DNA from: Promethearchaeia archaeon
Lineage (GTDB): Archaea > Asgardarchaeota > Lokiarchaeia > Sigyniarchaeales > SOKP01
Direction: 5' to 3'
Assembly: GCA_046483985.1 (NCBI GenBank)
Contig: JAWOCD010000004.1
Location: 1-64,000, forward strand
DNA: 64,000 nt
Below are positions 41,730-51,396 of the stretch, one piece after another. The notes under the pieces were generated by a model. That model made no database searches and was not told the DNA's origin. It saw nothing but the letters and a program-made list of their open reading frames with translations. The first letter of the stretch is position 1. The number at the start of each line of letters is the position of its first letter. A program made the position numbers and the translations under genes.

Positions 41730-42064
41730 GGAATTTGTTCACCAATTTATAATATTTAAAGCTTACGGTTTATTTTCCATCTATTCAAAAACTTATGTAA
41801 GGACAATAATTATTATTATTAAATAAATTTTTTGTATGGCTTAATAAATTTCCCATACTTTATGGATATATTTTCATTGAGAAATTCTCCATTTCCTTTT
41901 TCTCCAAATTTATTTTTAGTTCCACTTCTACCGTTGTTGCTAATTAATATGGCTTTTCCAGCTTTTTTAATCCTTGAAGAAAGCGTTCCCTTAAAGCGTA
42001 TAAACTCAAGATTGAAGTTAAAGGTCCTTTAGAAATCCAATAAATAGATATCAAAAGTTAATTA

Positions 42065-43201
42065 TTAGTGTAATAAAAATTCATTCCCTAAATGGACATG
42101 TTCAAGGTATGTTTCGGCAATCTCCAAGCATTTGTATGCTTGTTTTTTAGATGTATAAGGGAGGTCCTTCATCATGTAATCTGGATGAAAGACTAAAAGA
42201 GAATAAGGGATTTCGGGATTGATATTGGCAATAAATTTTGCAATCCGCTCAATTTCTTTAGAATTTGTGTAACCCGGTACCAATAAGGTACAACCACTTA
42301 ATTCTGGTAAGGTATTTCTTGTTCCAAAATAATTTTCTCCCAAATATTTGAAATTTTTTAAGGTCCTTTTATTACTTGTGCCACATAAAGCGATATTCAG
42401 CTGTTCATGATAAGTTTTCAAATCGAATTTAATGTTTCCGCCAGTTTTAAGGGCAATCTTCATGCATTGCTCCATGAGATCTTGTCTCCCGCTCCCGTTC
42501 CATTCCCAGCAGACTCTAAACTTTCTATTTTCCTCTCTTGCCTCATCGATTTTTTCCAATACTAATTCAGCTAAATGGACTGTAAAGGGAAGTTGTGGTT
42601 CTGGATCGCCTCCAAAAAAACACATGCAAGTTATATTCTTGTTTTTAAAAATGCGGTCGGCAACGGCTTCTGCCTCCATTAAATCGTCTTTAGTGAAATG
42701 TTTATGGGAGGAGTTTTGGCAAAAGAGACAATCAAAAGAACATCCATAAAGGAAGGCCGCATAACTATATGTTCCAGTTTCATCTCCGTCATATATGGAA
42801 TATTCCGGGTATCCTCTAGATGTGCCCGCGGGACAGAACCATGAATTGCAGCAGTTGGTCGGATTAGAATCCAAGTACCCATGCATATATGCTTTGTCCT
42901 TCGTGGGGTAAGATAAATTACCTTGTTCATTTTTTTGATAATCTCGAAGACCACAGTAACTTTTATCATCCTCTGAAACCTTACATTTATTAATACAGAG
43001 ATTACAACTAAATCTAATATTTTTTTCCTTAGATTTTGGAGGAATAACGGGTAAGTTTTCGCTAAGTCGAACTTTGGAATGCACATTAAGAAGGTGTTCC
43101 TTGACTTTATTTTTATCTGCATTTATTATACATTCTCGACAAATCTGCAATATTTTGGAAACTAAACTGCTTTCCTTACCACAGAACTTACAAGTTGCCA
43201 T
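42065..43201 (-). CDS. Radical SAM protein (PFL-activase-like / AmmeMemoRadiSam-related)
   Basis: GCSFDCLFCQN, FFGGDP, PTNCC, extra CxxC motifs. Confidence 0.85.
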   Translation of the reverse strand: MATCKFCGKESSLVSKILQICRECIINADKNKVKEHLLNVHSKVRLSENLPVIPPKSKEKNIRFSCNLCINKCKVSEDDKSYCGLRDYQKNEQGNLSYPTKDKAYMHGYLDSNPTNCCNSWFCPAGTSRGYPEYSIYDGDETGTYSYAAFLYGCSFDCLFCQNSSHKHFTKDDLMEAEAVADRIFKNKNITCMCFFGGDPEPQLPFTVHLAELVLEKIDEAREENRKFRVCWEWNGSGRQDLMEQCMKIALKTGGNIKFDLKTYHEQLNIALCGTSNKRTLKNFKYLGENYFGTRNTLPELSGCTLLVPGYTNSKEIERIAKFIANINPEIPYSLLVFHPDYMMKDLPYTSKKQAYKCLEIAETYLEHVHLGNEFLLH

Positions 43202-43219
43202 CTTTAGATAAAATATATA

Positions 43220-43897
43220 TCAATCAATTAAATCTATCTTTTTGTGAGTTGACTTTTTTAAAAGCAAGAATGTTTTTCCTGATTTTTGTTCCTCTTTTTC
43301 CTTAATGGAGAAACCATCAAATCCTGCTTTTATAAAGGATTTCTTAAAAATCTCCAACATTTTTTCACTTTCCGGATAAAATTCAATGATAAACCGTCCA
43401 TTTCTTTTCAAAATTTCATTTATATACTGAGCAGTTGTATTGACAATAGAAAATATCTCTCTTTCAGATTTTGAATCATGAGTGATAAAATTATACGCTG
43501 AAATTGAAATTATATGGTCAATCGAACGAGAGCGAATCGGTAATTTCGTAATATCAGCTAATATCAACTCTAAGTCTTTTGATCTTGGCAACGCTTCCTT
43601 CTTTCGTTTACGAGCCAGAGAGATCATATCGGTTAAAATGTCAATTCCAATTACGTGAAAATCATAATTAATTAAAAATTCAGAAGAAAAACCGCTTCCA
43701 CAACCTAAATCAAGGATAAGCGTCTCTGAGGGCAGCGATACTTCTTCCTTGCCTAATTTTGAATCGTAAAGATATTCAATTACCCTTTCTGTGGTCTTTT
43801 TTTGATTTCTTTCCATCCATTTCTCATTATCGTATTCTTTTGCCCGTTCTCCGAGATAGCTATCCGGAAATTTGGGAGTTTTATCCTTTCTTGGCAT
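43220..43897 (-). CDS. Class I SAM methyltransferase, Bud23/WBSCR22-like
   Basis: ILDLGCGSGFS, IISISA, EFYP, AGFDG, KTFLLL. Confidence 0.75.
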   Translation of the reverse strand: MPRKDKTPKFPDSYLGERAKEYDNEKWMERNQKKTTERVIEYLYDSKLGKEEVSLPSETLILDLGCGSGFSSEFLINYDFHVIGIDILTDMISLARKRKKEALPRSKDLELILADITKLPIRSRSIDHIISISAYNFITHDSKSEREIFSIVNTTAQYINEILKRNGRFIIEFYPESEKMLEIFKKSFIKAGFDGFSIKEKEEQKSGKTFLLLKKSTHKKIDLID

Positions 43898-44056
43898 TAT
43901 GACGTATTAGAACAATTTATTCATTTTATTTTATATTATAAATTTAAAAATAAATATTAAAAGAGAAGAGAAGAAATATATATTTAGTTAACCTAATAAC
44001 TTATTTATGGAACTTTTAATTTAATATAAATAAGCATTTACTAATTATATTAATGG

Positions 44057-44464
44057 ATGAGTAAATTGTCAGTGAAAAATTCAGAAAAAAATACCGTATT
44101 AGTAGTTGACGATGAAGTCGACATCCTAAATCTAACTCAAAAATTTCTTAAATTAGCCGATTTTAATACCATTACTACCAGTAATGGGAAGGAAGCAATG
44201 AAAATCCTTGAGAAAAGATATGATGAGATTGCCCTTGTATTATTAGATATTATGATGCCAGGGTTATCTGGGTACCAATGTTTAGAGGAAATTAAAGAAC
44301 ATGAGAAGTATGAGGATATCCCCATAATCCTTTTTACCGTAAAAAGTTTTAACGAAGATATACAAAAGGGGAAAAAGCTCGGAGCCGATGGATACCTTAC
44401 TAAACCTTTCTCAGGTAAAGAGTTAGTAAAATATATTGAGGAAAAATTAGAGATTAAACCTTGA
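44057..44464 (+). CDS. Single-domain response regulator
   Basis: VLVVDDE, LLDIMMP..SG, GADGYLTKPF. Confidence 0.93.
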   Translation: MSKLSVKNSEKNTVLVVDDEVDILNLTQKFLKLADFNTITTSNGKEAMKILEKRYDEIALVLLDIMMPGLSGYQCLEEIKEHEKYEDIPIILFTVKSFNEDIQKGKKLGADGYLTKPFSGKELVKYIEEKLEIKP

Positions 44465-44507
44465 ACTACCACGCCCTAAAGGGCGGTGTTTTCTTTTGCC
44501 GTCTATG
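44461..44507 (-). mobile_element. 47-bp IS200/IS605-type single-hairpin element, copy 5; supplies the response-regulator stop codon
   Basis: Minus strand TTTAT|CATAGACGGCAAAAGAAAACACCGCCCTTTAGGGCGTGGTAGTTCAA|. Confidence 0.8.
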
Positions 44508-44569
44508 ATAAAATTTTCTTAATTTCTTTTTCTTATTTACTTCGTTAATTCATTACATCCATTGCTCAA

Positions 44570-45775
44570 CTATAATAAGGGGATCAATAAATTACGGATT
44601 AAAAACCAATAGATCAATATCAATATTATTCCTATCCCTAACATTTTTCTAAAGATATGAGTCCATGAAATTCCGATGGGATTTCTTTGTTCTTTATCTA
44701 ATAATTCAGGATAAAGGGAGTGATCATGGGGTTCTTTTTGATACCAATATGCTGTGGAAGACCAATCATCTGCACGATGATTATCGTGTCCATGTTCAAT
44801 AGAAACTAAGATTTGTTTATTAAAGTAGATAGGGTCTTCGATATGGTATCGATAATATGTGATCTTACCCCACCAATTAAAACCGCCAGGTTTTATGGTG
44901 CCATGATAGGGCGCCGAATATTTCGTGCGAGGACAATAAGCTTGATTCACATAATCTTCCGTACCCGTGCCATATAGTGTAGGTGTCTTCTCATCGAGAT
45001 CGTCATCAATAAAAATCATATCGTCTCCCTCCCCCGGCCAGTTTATCCACCATGGCATAAACGTGCGATTATCAATATTAAGATGACATCCCACAAAATG
45101 CCCTTTCCCTTTTGCTTCTAAAATTCGATAATTGTACTTTAAAGGCTCAGTGTTCTCTATACCAAATAGATTAAACCGCTTAGGATTTAATTTTGAGATT
45201 TTTTTCCCCTCATTATCTCTCTTTTTTGTGGACGGAGGATTTTCTCGACGCCATTGCACATGGAATCTTCCATAGTCTTGTTCATCGTCCAATCCCCCCT
45301 CATATTTTTCAAAATCGATATAATAATAGAGTCGAAAGCGTTTTGAGTTATCGTTTTCTAGGGTAATCTTAAATCCCTCTGAAAAGGGCATGGGCCACCA
45401 GCAATTTAAACCTTTTCCCCCTTGAGGACTCATTTGAAGGGGAAGAGAAACAAATTCTTTATGCTCAGCGTGTCCTTGTCCAAAAAAATCACCCAATGGA
45501 GCCTCAACACTGGGTTTATCTTTCCTTTCTCCATCCCAATACATTCGAATTATAGCATTTCGAAGTGCATATCTGCTTCTACAACTAAAAGTACACCAGA
45601 TATGGGTAATACACCCTGCATATTCCCCTTCGCCCAAAATAACGGTTTGCTGTGGGTCAATATCAATCCAATCGTAGTTATCACCGCTCTCATCATAACT
45701 TGAAATCCGTTTACGCTTCACCGAATCTGGCTGTAATTTGGCTATATCATTTAGACTTGATTTTCCTAATTCCAT
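44570..45775 (-). CDS. GH172 (DUF2961) glycoside hydrolase with C-terminal TM
   Basis: RISSYD..GDN.D, MYWDGE...PSVEAPLGDFF, WPGEGDD, GTGTEDY, EHGH.N, AYWYQ. Confidence 0.9.
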   Translation of the reverse strand: MELGKSSLNDIAKLQPDSVKRKRISSYDESGDNYDWIDIDPQQTVILGEGEYAGCITHIWCTFSCRSRYALRNAIIRMYWDGERKDKPSVEAPLGDFFGQGHAEHKEFVSLPLQMSPQGGKGLNCWWPMPFSEGFKITLENDNSKRFRLYYYIDFEKYEGGLDDEQDYGRFHVQWRRENPPSTKKRDNEGKKISKLNPKRFNLFGIENTEPLKYNYRILEAKGKGHFVGCHLNIDNRTFMPWWINWPGEGDDMIFIDDDLDEKTPTLYGTGTEDYVNQAYCPRTKYSAPYHGTIKPGGFNWWGKITYYRYHIEDPIYFNKQILVSIEHGHDNHRADDWSSTAYWYQKEPHDHSLYPELLDKEQRNPIGISWTHIFRKMLGIGIILILIYWFLIRNLLIPLL

Positions 45776-45889
45776 TTTATTATATTTATTTTTGAAATTT
45801 AAATAAGTTTTTATCAATTATCCCTACTTAAATCGGTAAGCAGTATCTTGAAGTACAAGAAATATTAACGAATAAAAGTTAATAACAGA

Positions 45890-47776
45890 TTATTGAAGCG
45901 GAAATAGGATAATAAACTTACTGCCTTTTGTATAATCATTCGGAACCCTATTCTCAACCCAAATTTTTCCATTGAAAGAATCAATTATTTGTTTTACAAG
46001 GGTTAAGCCAAAGCCCATATCTTTTTTGGATTTTTTTTTCATTACTTCCTCTTGAAAGATTAATTCTTTATTCTCCCCCTTAATCCCTTTTGCATTGTCA
46101 ATAAATTGGAACTTCACCCAAGATTCTGCATCTTCGATCTCTTTAGTAATCTTTATATCAACCGAAATAGTATCGTGTTCATTATGTTTAACCGCATTTA
46201 TTAATATATTCTCGAAAATATCTCGGATTAGATCATTAGCCTTGATTTTAACATGTTCGTCATAGGTCTCTACAGAAATATCAATTGTTTTATTAGGATA
46301 ACTAGTTTTTACAAATTCAATACTTTCTTCGAGCTCGTCAAATACTTCAATTTTCTTGGTTTCAATCGTATGTTCTTTAATTTCAGAAAGGCGTTGAATA
46401 TTTTTTACCAGCATTTCACCTCTCGTGACTTGTTCAGATACAATCTCCCAAGATTCTTTCAGTTTTTGCATATCTGTATCATCCGAAAGTATAATAGTCG
46501 CTAACTCGGAGGCAGTTTTTATGGTATGTAAAATATTGTTGATATCGTGGACTAAGAGATCTTTATAGAAATTGGCTCTCTTAAAAGCATCTTTATATTT
46601 CTTTCTTGATTTCTTTAATTTTTGTTTTGCAATTTTCTTTTCAGTTATATTGACTAACGCGGCTAAATCTGCTGGCTTTCCATTATATTTAATTGATTTA
46701 GAATATGCGGCTCTCCATTCAATTTCTCCTCTTTTATCCAGAATCCGAAAATCATACCCAGATAAAAGGTCTTGGGAATCCCCCTCTTGTTTCTTTTGGA
46801 GTTGTTCAGCTACCAATTTCCGGTCTTCAGGATGAACAAGTTGGAGAAAGTCTTTTGGGTCCCAATCTTTAATTTTATCTTTTGAATATCCCACATCTCT
46901 CCCGAATTGAGGATTCATATATTTAAATTCATCATCTTGGATAATTGCTATGCTAAGTAGCGATTGATCTGAGATCATTCGAAACATTTGCTCCGACTCT
47001 TTCAATTTACGCTGAGATTTTTTCATCTCTGTGATATCTATTAGCGATATAAAATCTGCAGTTCTACCACAATATTGTATGGTCGTGGAATAATTTTTTA
47101 CCCATATTGGTTTACCAGATTTCTTAATTGCTTTAAATTCGTAATTTTTTATCTGATTGCCTAATCCCAATTGTTTCTTTTTTGCTTGCTCCTTTACTAT
47201 GTCGCGATATTCGGGGTGAATGATCTTTAGAAACCCGCCAGGTTCTAGATTTAGAAGTTCTTCTAAAGAATATCCGCTCATTTCTGTAAACCTTTTATTC
47301 GCATAAATCACCTTATCATCTTGTACTATCGCAATACCCATTAGAGATTGCTCGATCAACTCCTTAAAAAACTCTTCTGAATGAGAGAAGCTTTCAGATT
47401 TATCTCTTTCAGATTTTGGGTCATAGGATAAAAAATCATCAATAATCTCTAATATTATATAGTTTTCATTAATGTAATCAGCATAAAACCAATATTTCTT
47501 TTTTTTCCTTATTCCTCCTAATGATAATGGTTCTCTGACACCACTTTTGTTTTTATAGGCCCTACGTATTAGGTTTATAATTGGTTTTTCTTGCTCAAAA
47601 TAATTTGAGATTTTATATTCTCCCCTTTCTTTAGGAAGTCCGCCAAAAAATTCTTCAGCGGATGAATTTAAATCTACTATCATAAAGTTTCCATTATCTT
47701 TTTTTAAAATCCATAAAGGCTCGGTTTTTTGGTTAAGGATATATCGATAAGTATGGGAAGGTAAGGGAGAATTCAT
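45890..47776 (-). CDS. Multi-PAS sensor histidine kinase
   Basis: IHPE / VHPED PAS motifs; LVHDINN; FENILINA; GFGL. Confidence 0.9.
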   Translation of the reverse strand: MNSPLPSHTYRYILNQKTEPLWILKKDNGNFMIVDLNSSAEEFFGGLPKERGEYKISNYFEQEKPIINLIRRAYKNKSGVREPLSLGGIRKKKKYWFYADYINENYIILEIIDDFLSYDPKSERDKSESFSHSEEFFKELIEQSLMGIAIVQDDKVIYANKRFTEMSGYSLEELLNLEPGGFLKIIHPEYRDIVKEQAKKKQLGLGNQIKNYEFKAIKKSGKPIWVKNYSTTIQYCGRTADFISLIDITEMKKSQRKLKESEQMFRMISDQSLLSIAIIQDDEFKYMNPQFGRDVGYSKDKIKDWDPKDFLQLVHPEDRKLVAEQLQKKQEGDSQDLLSGYDFRILDKRGEIEWRAAYSKSIKYNGKPADLAALVNITEKKIAKQKLKKSRKKYKDAFKRANFYKDLLVHDINNILHTIKTASELATIILSDDTDMQKLKESWEIVSEQVTRGEMLVKNIQRLSEIKEHTIETKKIEVFDELEESIEFVKTSYPNKTIDISVETYDEHVKIKANDLIRDIFENILINAVKHNEHDTISVDIKITKEIEDAESWVKFQFIDNAKGIKGENKELIFQEEVMKKKSKKDMGFGLTLVKQIIDSFNGKIWVENRVPNDYTKGSKFIILFPLQ

Positions 47777-48317
47777 CCAAACTCGGTTTATCTCTTAAAT
47801 TTGTTATTACTTAAATTAAATTTTAAAATATCTCAATTTTTATAATTATCAAAGATATTTTAAAGTTTTAGCTTTTAGCAAAATAATTATAAAGAATTCC
47901 TAAACACTATTAGAATCTCTTATGGCTCGATCTTAATTAAGATCTTTTATATACCGTATCATGGAGCCAAATATGTCTCATAAATTAAGGGCAGTGCAAT
48001 AAAGAAAGCGTTATTTGCAAAATATACAAAATGTTAAAGCTCTCAGTATCGTTTTTTCCCGAAAGGATAACATATAAGAAAATTCTTAGAGCCACCTTAC
48101 CTCATGGGGAATTTGCTGAAGTGCCCGAAGATTATGAGAGTTTTGCATATTGGTATCAACAACATTTAAGCCTACCCTTAAAAATTAAATTTTCAATTCT
48201 AAAGTTCAAGGAGATAATAGAAAAAAAGAAACATATATCGCAAATAAAATAAATGTTTTAAATTTTCCATCAAGATATTAATTAGATAAAAAAACTTTTA
48301 TAACGATTGATTTATTT

Positions 48318-49715
48318 ATGAGTTCGGAAAATAAAACAAAAATTGTTGTTATCGGAATGGGCTATAATTATTAGGGTATCCCTAATAATGGCTAAGTTGG
48401 AATTCCGATGGCAGCTCTCTTAGCTGATGTTCCAGAGTTTTACGTTACTGGGATTCAAAGACGTTCAAAGCGTTCTGGATGGAAAATTGACTGGCTAAAT
48501 GCTGGAAAGAATCCCTTTGAAGGGGACGAGCCAGGATTAGATGACCTAATCGAACGAGTTGTTAAAAATGGAAAGTTTTCAGTTACTCCTGAATATGACG
48601 CTTGCGATACTGCAGATTATATTTTAATAGATGTCCAGACCCCAGTTGATGAAAAACGGGTCCCCAGATATAAATCTTTGAAAGAAGTGTCAAAAAAGGC
48701 CTCAAAACATCTTCATAAAGGAACCACCCTAATAATCGAATCGACCGTTGCCCCAGGAACTACAAACAATATTGTTGAGCCAATATTAGAAGAGGGAAGC
48801 GGATTAACACGCGGAGATGATTTTTATTTAGTCTTCTCTTTCGAACGTGTCATGCCTGGTAAATTGATTGAATATATTACGGACTTTCCGAGGGTGATTG
48901 GAGGAGGATGTGAAAAAGCAAATGAAAAAGCAAAATTTCTTTATGGAAAAGTAGTCAAAAAAGACCTACAAGTTACCGACACATTAACAGCGGAATTAAC
49001 GAAATGCATTGAAAATACTTATCGGGACGTAAATATTGCATTTGCGAATGAAATGGCTTTGGTTGCAGAGGATTTTAAAAGAGATGTATTTGAAATCATT
49101 GAACTTATCAATCATCGACATGACCGAATGATGCATATTCCCGGTTCTGGGGTAGGTGGGCATTGTCTCACGAAAGACCCGTGGTTATTAATGTACGGGC
49201 TTGAAACCTACACCGATAAACAAAATTGGGACAAAGTTAAAATTCTTCCGTTTTCAAGAAAAATAAACAACTCAATGCCGTCACATTTAGTGGATCTTAT
49301 GGAAGATGCATTTAAGGAGGCAGGAAAACCCGTGAATGACTCAAAAATCACCATAATGGGGGTTGCCTATAAACCAAATTGCGATGATACAAGAAATACT
49401 CCCGCAGCAGAAGTCTTCAATATTTTAAATGAACGTTATAATTCTAAAGTCTCTTATATTGCACACGACCCTTATGTCAAGAAAAAATACTTTACATACA
49501 CGGACTTAACGGAAAGTCTTCAAGAAGCAATAAGTAATGCTGATGCCTTGTTATTTGTTACGGATCATAGGGAGTATTATAATTTGGATTTGATGGAATT
49601 AAAAAATAAAGTAAATACCCCCATTTTAATTGATGGACGAAACATTTTCAATAAACAAAAAGTCTTAAATTTAGGCTTTATTTACCGTAAAATAGGGGAA
49701 GGAATAGGAAAATAA
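48318..49715 (+). CDS. wecC: UDP-glucose/GDP-mannose dehydrogenase family (WecC-like), split: join(48318..48365,48396..49715), 455 aa
   Basis: MSSENKTKIVVIGMGY + VGIPMAA after removing 30 nt; ERVMPG, AELTK..ENTYRDVNIAFANE, GVGGHC, GVAYKPN. Confidence 0.85.
48366..48395 (+). other. Candidate bulge-helix-bulge (tRNA-endonuclease-type) intron in mRNA
   Basis: 10-bp stem ATTATTAGGG/CCCTAATAAT; 4-bp helix GGCU/GGCU; bulges AUA and AAG; cuts after the 2nd bulge nt give exactly 30 nt. Confidence 0.8.
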
Positions 49716-49763
49716 GAGATATTGAATAACTAATAATCCATAAATTCCTTTATTCTTTCTTTT

Positions 49764-50276
49764 TCAATTAAAACAGGGATTGTTCCGATCCTTTGGTTCG
49801 GTTGGCTTTTTAGAACCTGTCCAAGCTAAAAAGAGACATCCCATTCCGCCCCAAACGAGACCGCATTGAAATAACCAGCCATAACCCACCAACGGATTCA
49901 AGGGAATACAATTTTCAGGATAACTCAAACAAAATTCTCCCTTGATCCACGTCATAAACTGACCGTAACCATGAAGACCACCGACGCCAATTCCAAGCGT
50001 GATAGCAGCAATCACCCATCCTGAGCTATAGGGTCTTTTCTTTTTTTCTGAGCTTTCATAAGAAAGAAAATACCATGCCAATGCCCAGCCTATGCCAGAA
50101 AACACTGCCCCAGACGACCCTCCATATCCTTCAGTGCCCCGTATTACCCAATAAAATGCTCCATAGGTGCTGAAGATCAAAACAGGGATAATCAGTTCAT
50201 TGATTATGCTTTTCTTATCTTTTCGTAATTCTAATTTGAAAAAAGAATCATCTTTTTCCAGTTAAGGTTCACTCAT
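49764..50276 (-). pseudogene. Truncated membrane-protein gene with an early nonsense codon
   Basis: MSEP*LEKDD...LIIPVLIFSTYG in frame; C-terminus ends abruptly. Confidence 0.55.
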
Positions 50277-50411
50277 AAAAGTATTTCAACGTGATTTAAT
50301 ATAAATTTTGAATTAGAATATTTACTAGATTCTGGATAATTATTCAATAAATTTAATAAGAAAAACTTCTTTTTTATATATAACAAGACTTATAATAAGG
50401 TGTATTTTGTT

Positions 50412-50828
50412 ATGAAATATGCAATTAGTAGTTCAGAAGGAAAGGTTTTTGGACATTTTGGGCGCGCACCTGAATTTACCTTCATAGAGGTTAAAGATGG
50501 AGAAGTGGTAGAAAAAGAGACTTATCCAAACCCCGGGCATAGTGTGGGTAGTATCCCCAAATTTGTTAATAAAAAGGGAGCTGACTATATGATTGCAGGA
50601 GGGATGGGAAGGAGAGCAATACAATTTTTCCAAAAATACGGAATTGAACCTATACTCGGTATTACTGGCTCTATTGATGATATCATTCAAAAGATTCTTA
50701 ATGGGACTCTAGAGGGAAAAGAAAGCATTTGTAAACCGGGTGCAGGTAAACAATCGGGAAGAGGGATACCAAAAGAACTAACTGAGGCAGACTTTAAGAG
50801 AAAGAAAGAAGGACATCATAACCATTAA
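50412..50828 (+). CDS. NifB/NifX (dinitrogenase FeMo-cofactor-binding) family protein
   Basis: HFGRAPEF, NPGH, IAGGMG.RA. Confidence 0.9.
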   Translation: MKYAISSSEGKVFGHFGRAPEFTFIEVKDGEVVEKETYPNPGHSVGSIPKFVNKKGADYMIAGGMGRRAIQFFQKYGIEPILGITGSIDDIIQKILNGTLEGKESICKPGAGKQSGRGIPKELTEADFKRKKEGHHNH

Positions 50829-51006
50829 AATTTTTCATTTTCTTACCAACTCTTTTTATAAAAAAAGTTGATTTCCTTATCTATTTCTTAGTGGTCATAA
50901 TTTTTCTGACAGTTGAGAATTTATTAGTAAAAGCAAAATAATATTTGTGAAGTAGTATTTGTGAACATATAACCAACTTTTATTACTTCACAGAAAAAAA
51001 TCAAGA

Positions 51007-51369
51007 GTGAACAAATTGTTTGGAATTAAAGGGTTAAAAAAGGAAATGGAACAGATGAATAGAGAAATTAAGGAGATGAGCAATAAAATCTCAACTATGT
51101 CAAAAAAGATCGACAAACTTTCCGATGATATCTCCAACTCCATGGATTCTATGACAAGCGAGCTTCACGACACTAATAAGACAATTCAAGAATCGTTAAA
51201 ACTCACCTCCGACACAATCCAAAAAATGAGTGAAAATTTCTCAGAAACTCTGGAGAAAACACTCACCGAAATGCAGAATATGAAAATTAATATGGATGTA
51301 AGAGAGAGCGTATTGAAGAATCTCGGTTTAGAGGGATTATTGCCCGATCTCTTCAAAAAAAAGAAATAA
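51007..51369 (+). CDS. Coiled-coil protein
   Basis: Heptad Met/Leu periodicity over ~90 aa. Confidence 0.7.
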   Translation: MNKLFGIKGLKKEMEQMNREIKEMSNKISTMSKKIDKLSDDISNSMDSMTSELHDTNKTIQESLKLTSDTIQKMSENFSETLEKTLTEMQNMKINMDVRESVLKNLGLEGLLPDLFKKKK

Positions 51370-51396
51370 CTGGTAAAGCAAGTTAAAATAAAAGAT

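Noticed and set aside
4887-44507. CRISPR array from the recurring CCCTAAAGGRCGG palindrome
   Set aside because: Copies are kilobases apart with no spacer periodicity and no cas genes.
47929-47944. Perfect 16-bp palindrome GATCTTAATTAAGATC
   Set aside because: Single AT-rich occurrence; no supporting evidence for a function.
48360-48394. MITE footprint with GGCTA target duplication as the sole explanation of the wecC insertion
   Set aside because: Precise removal leaves GGC TAA (stop) rather than Tyr; the BHB register restores the motif exactly.
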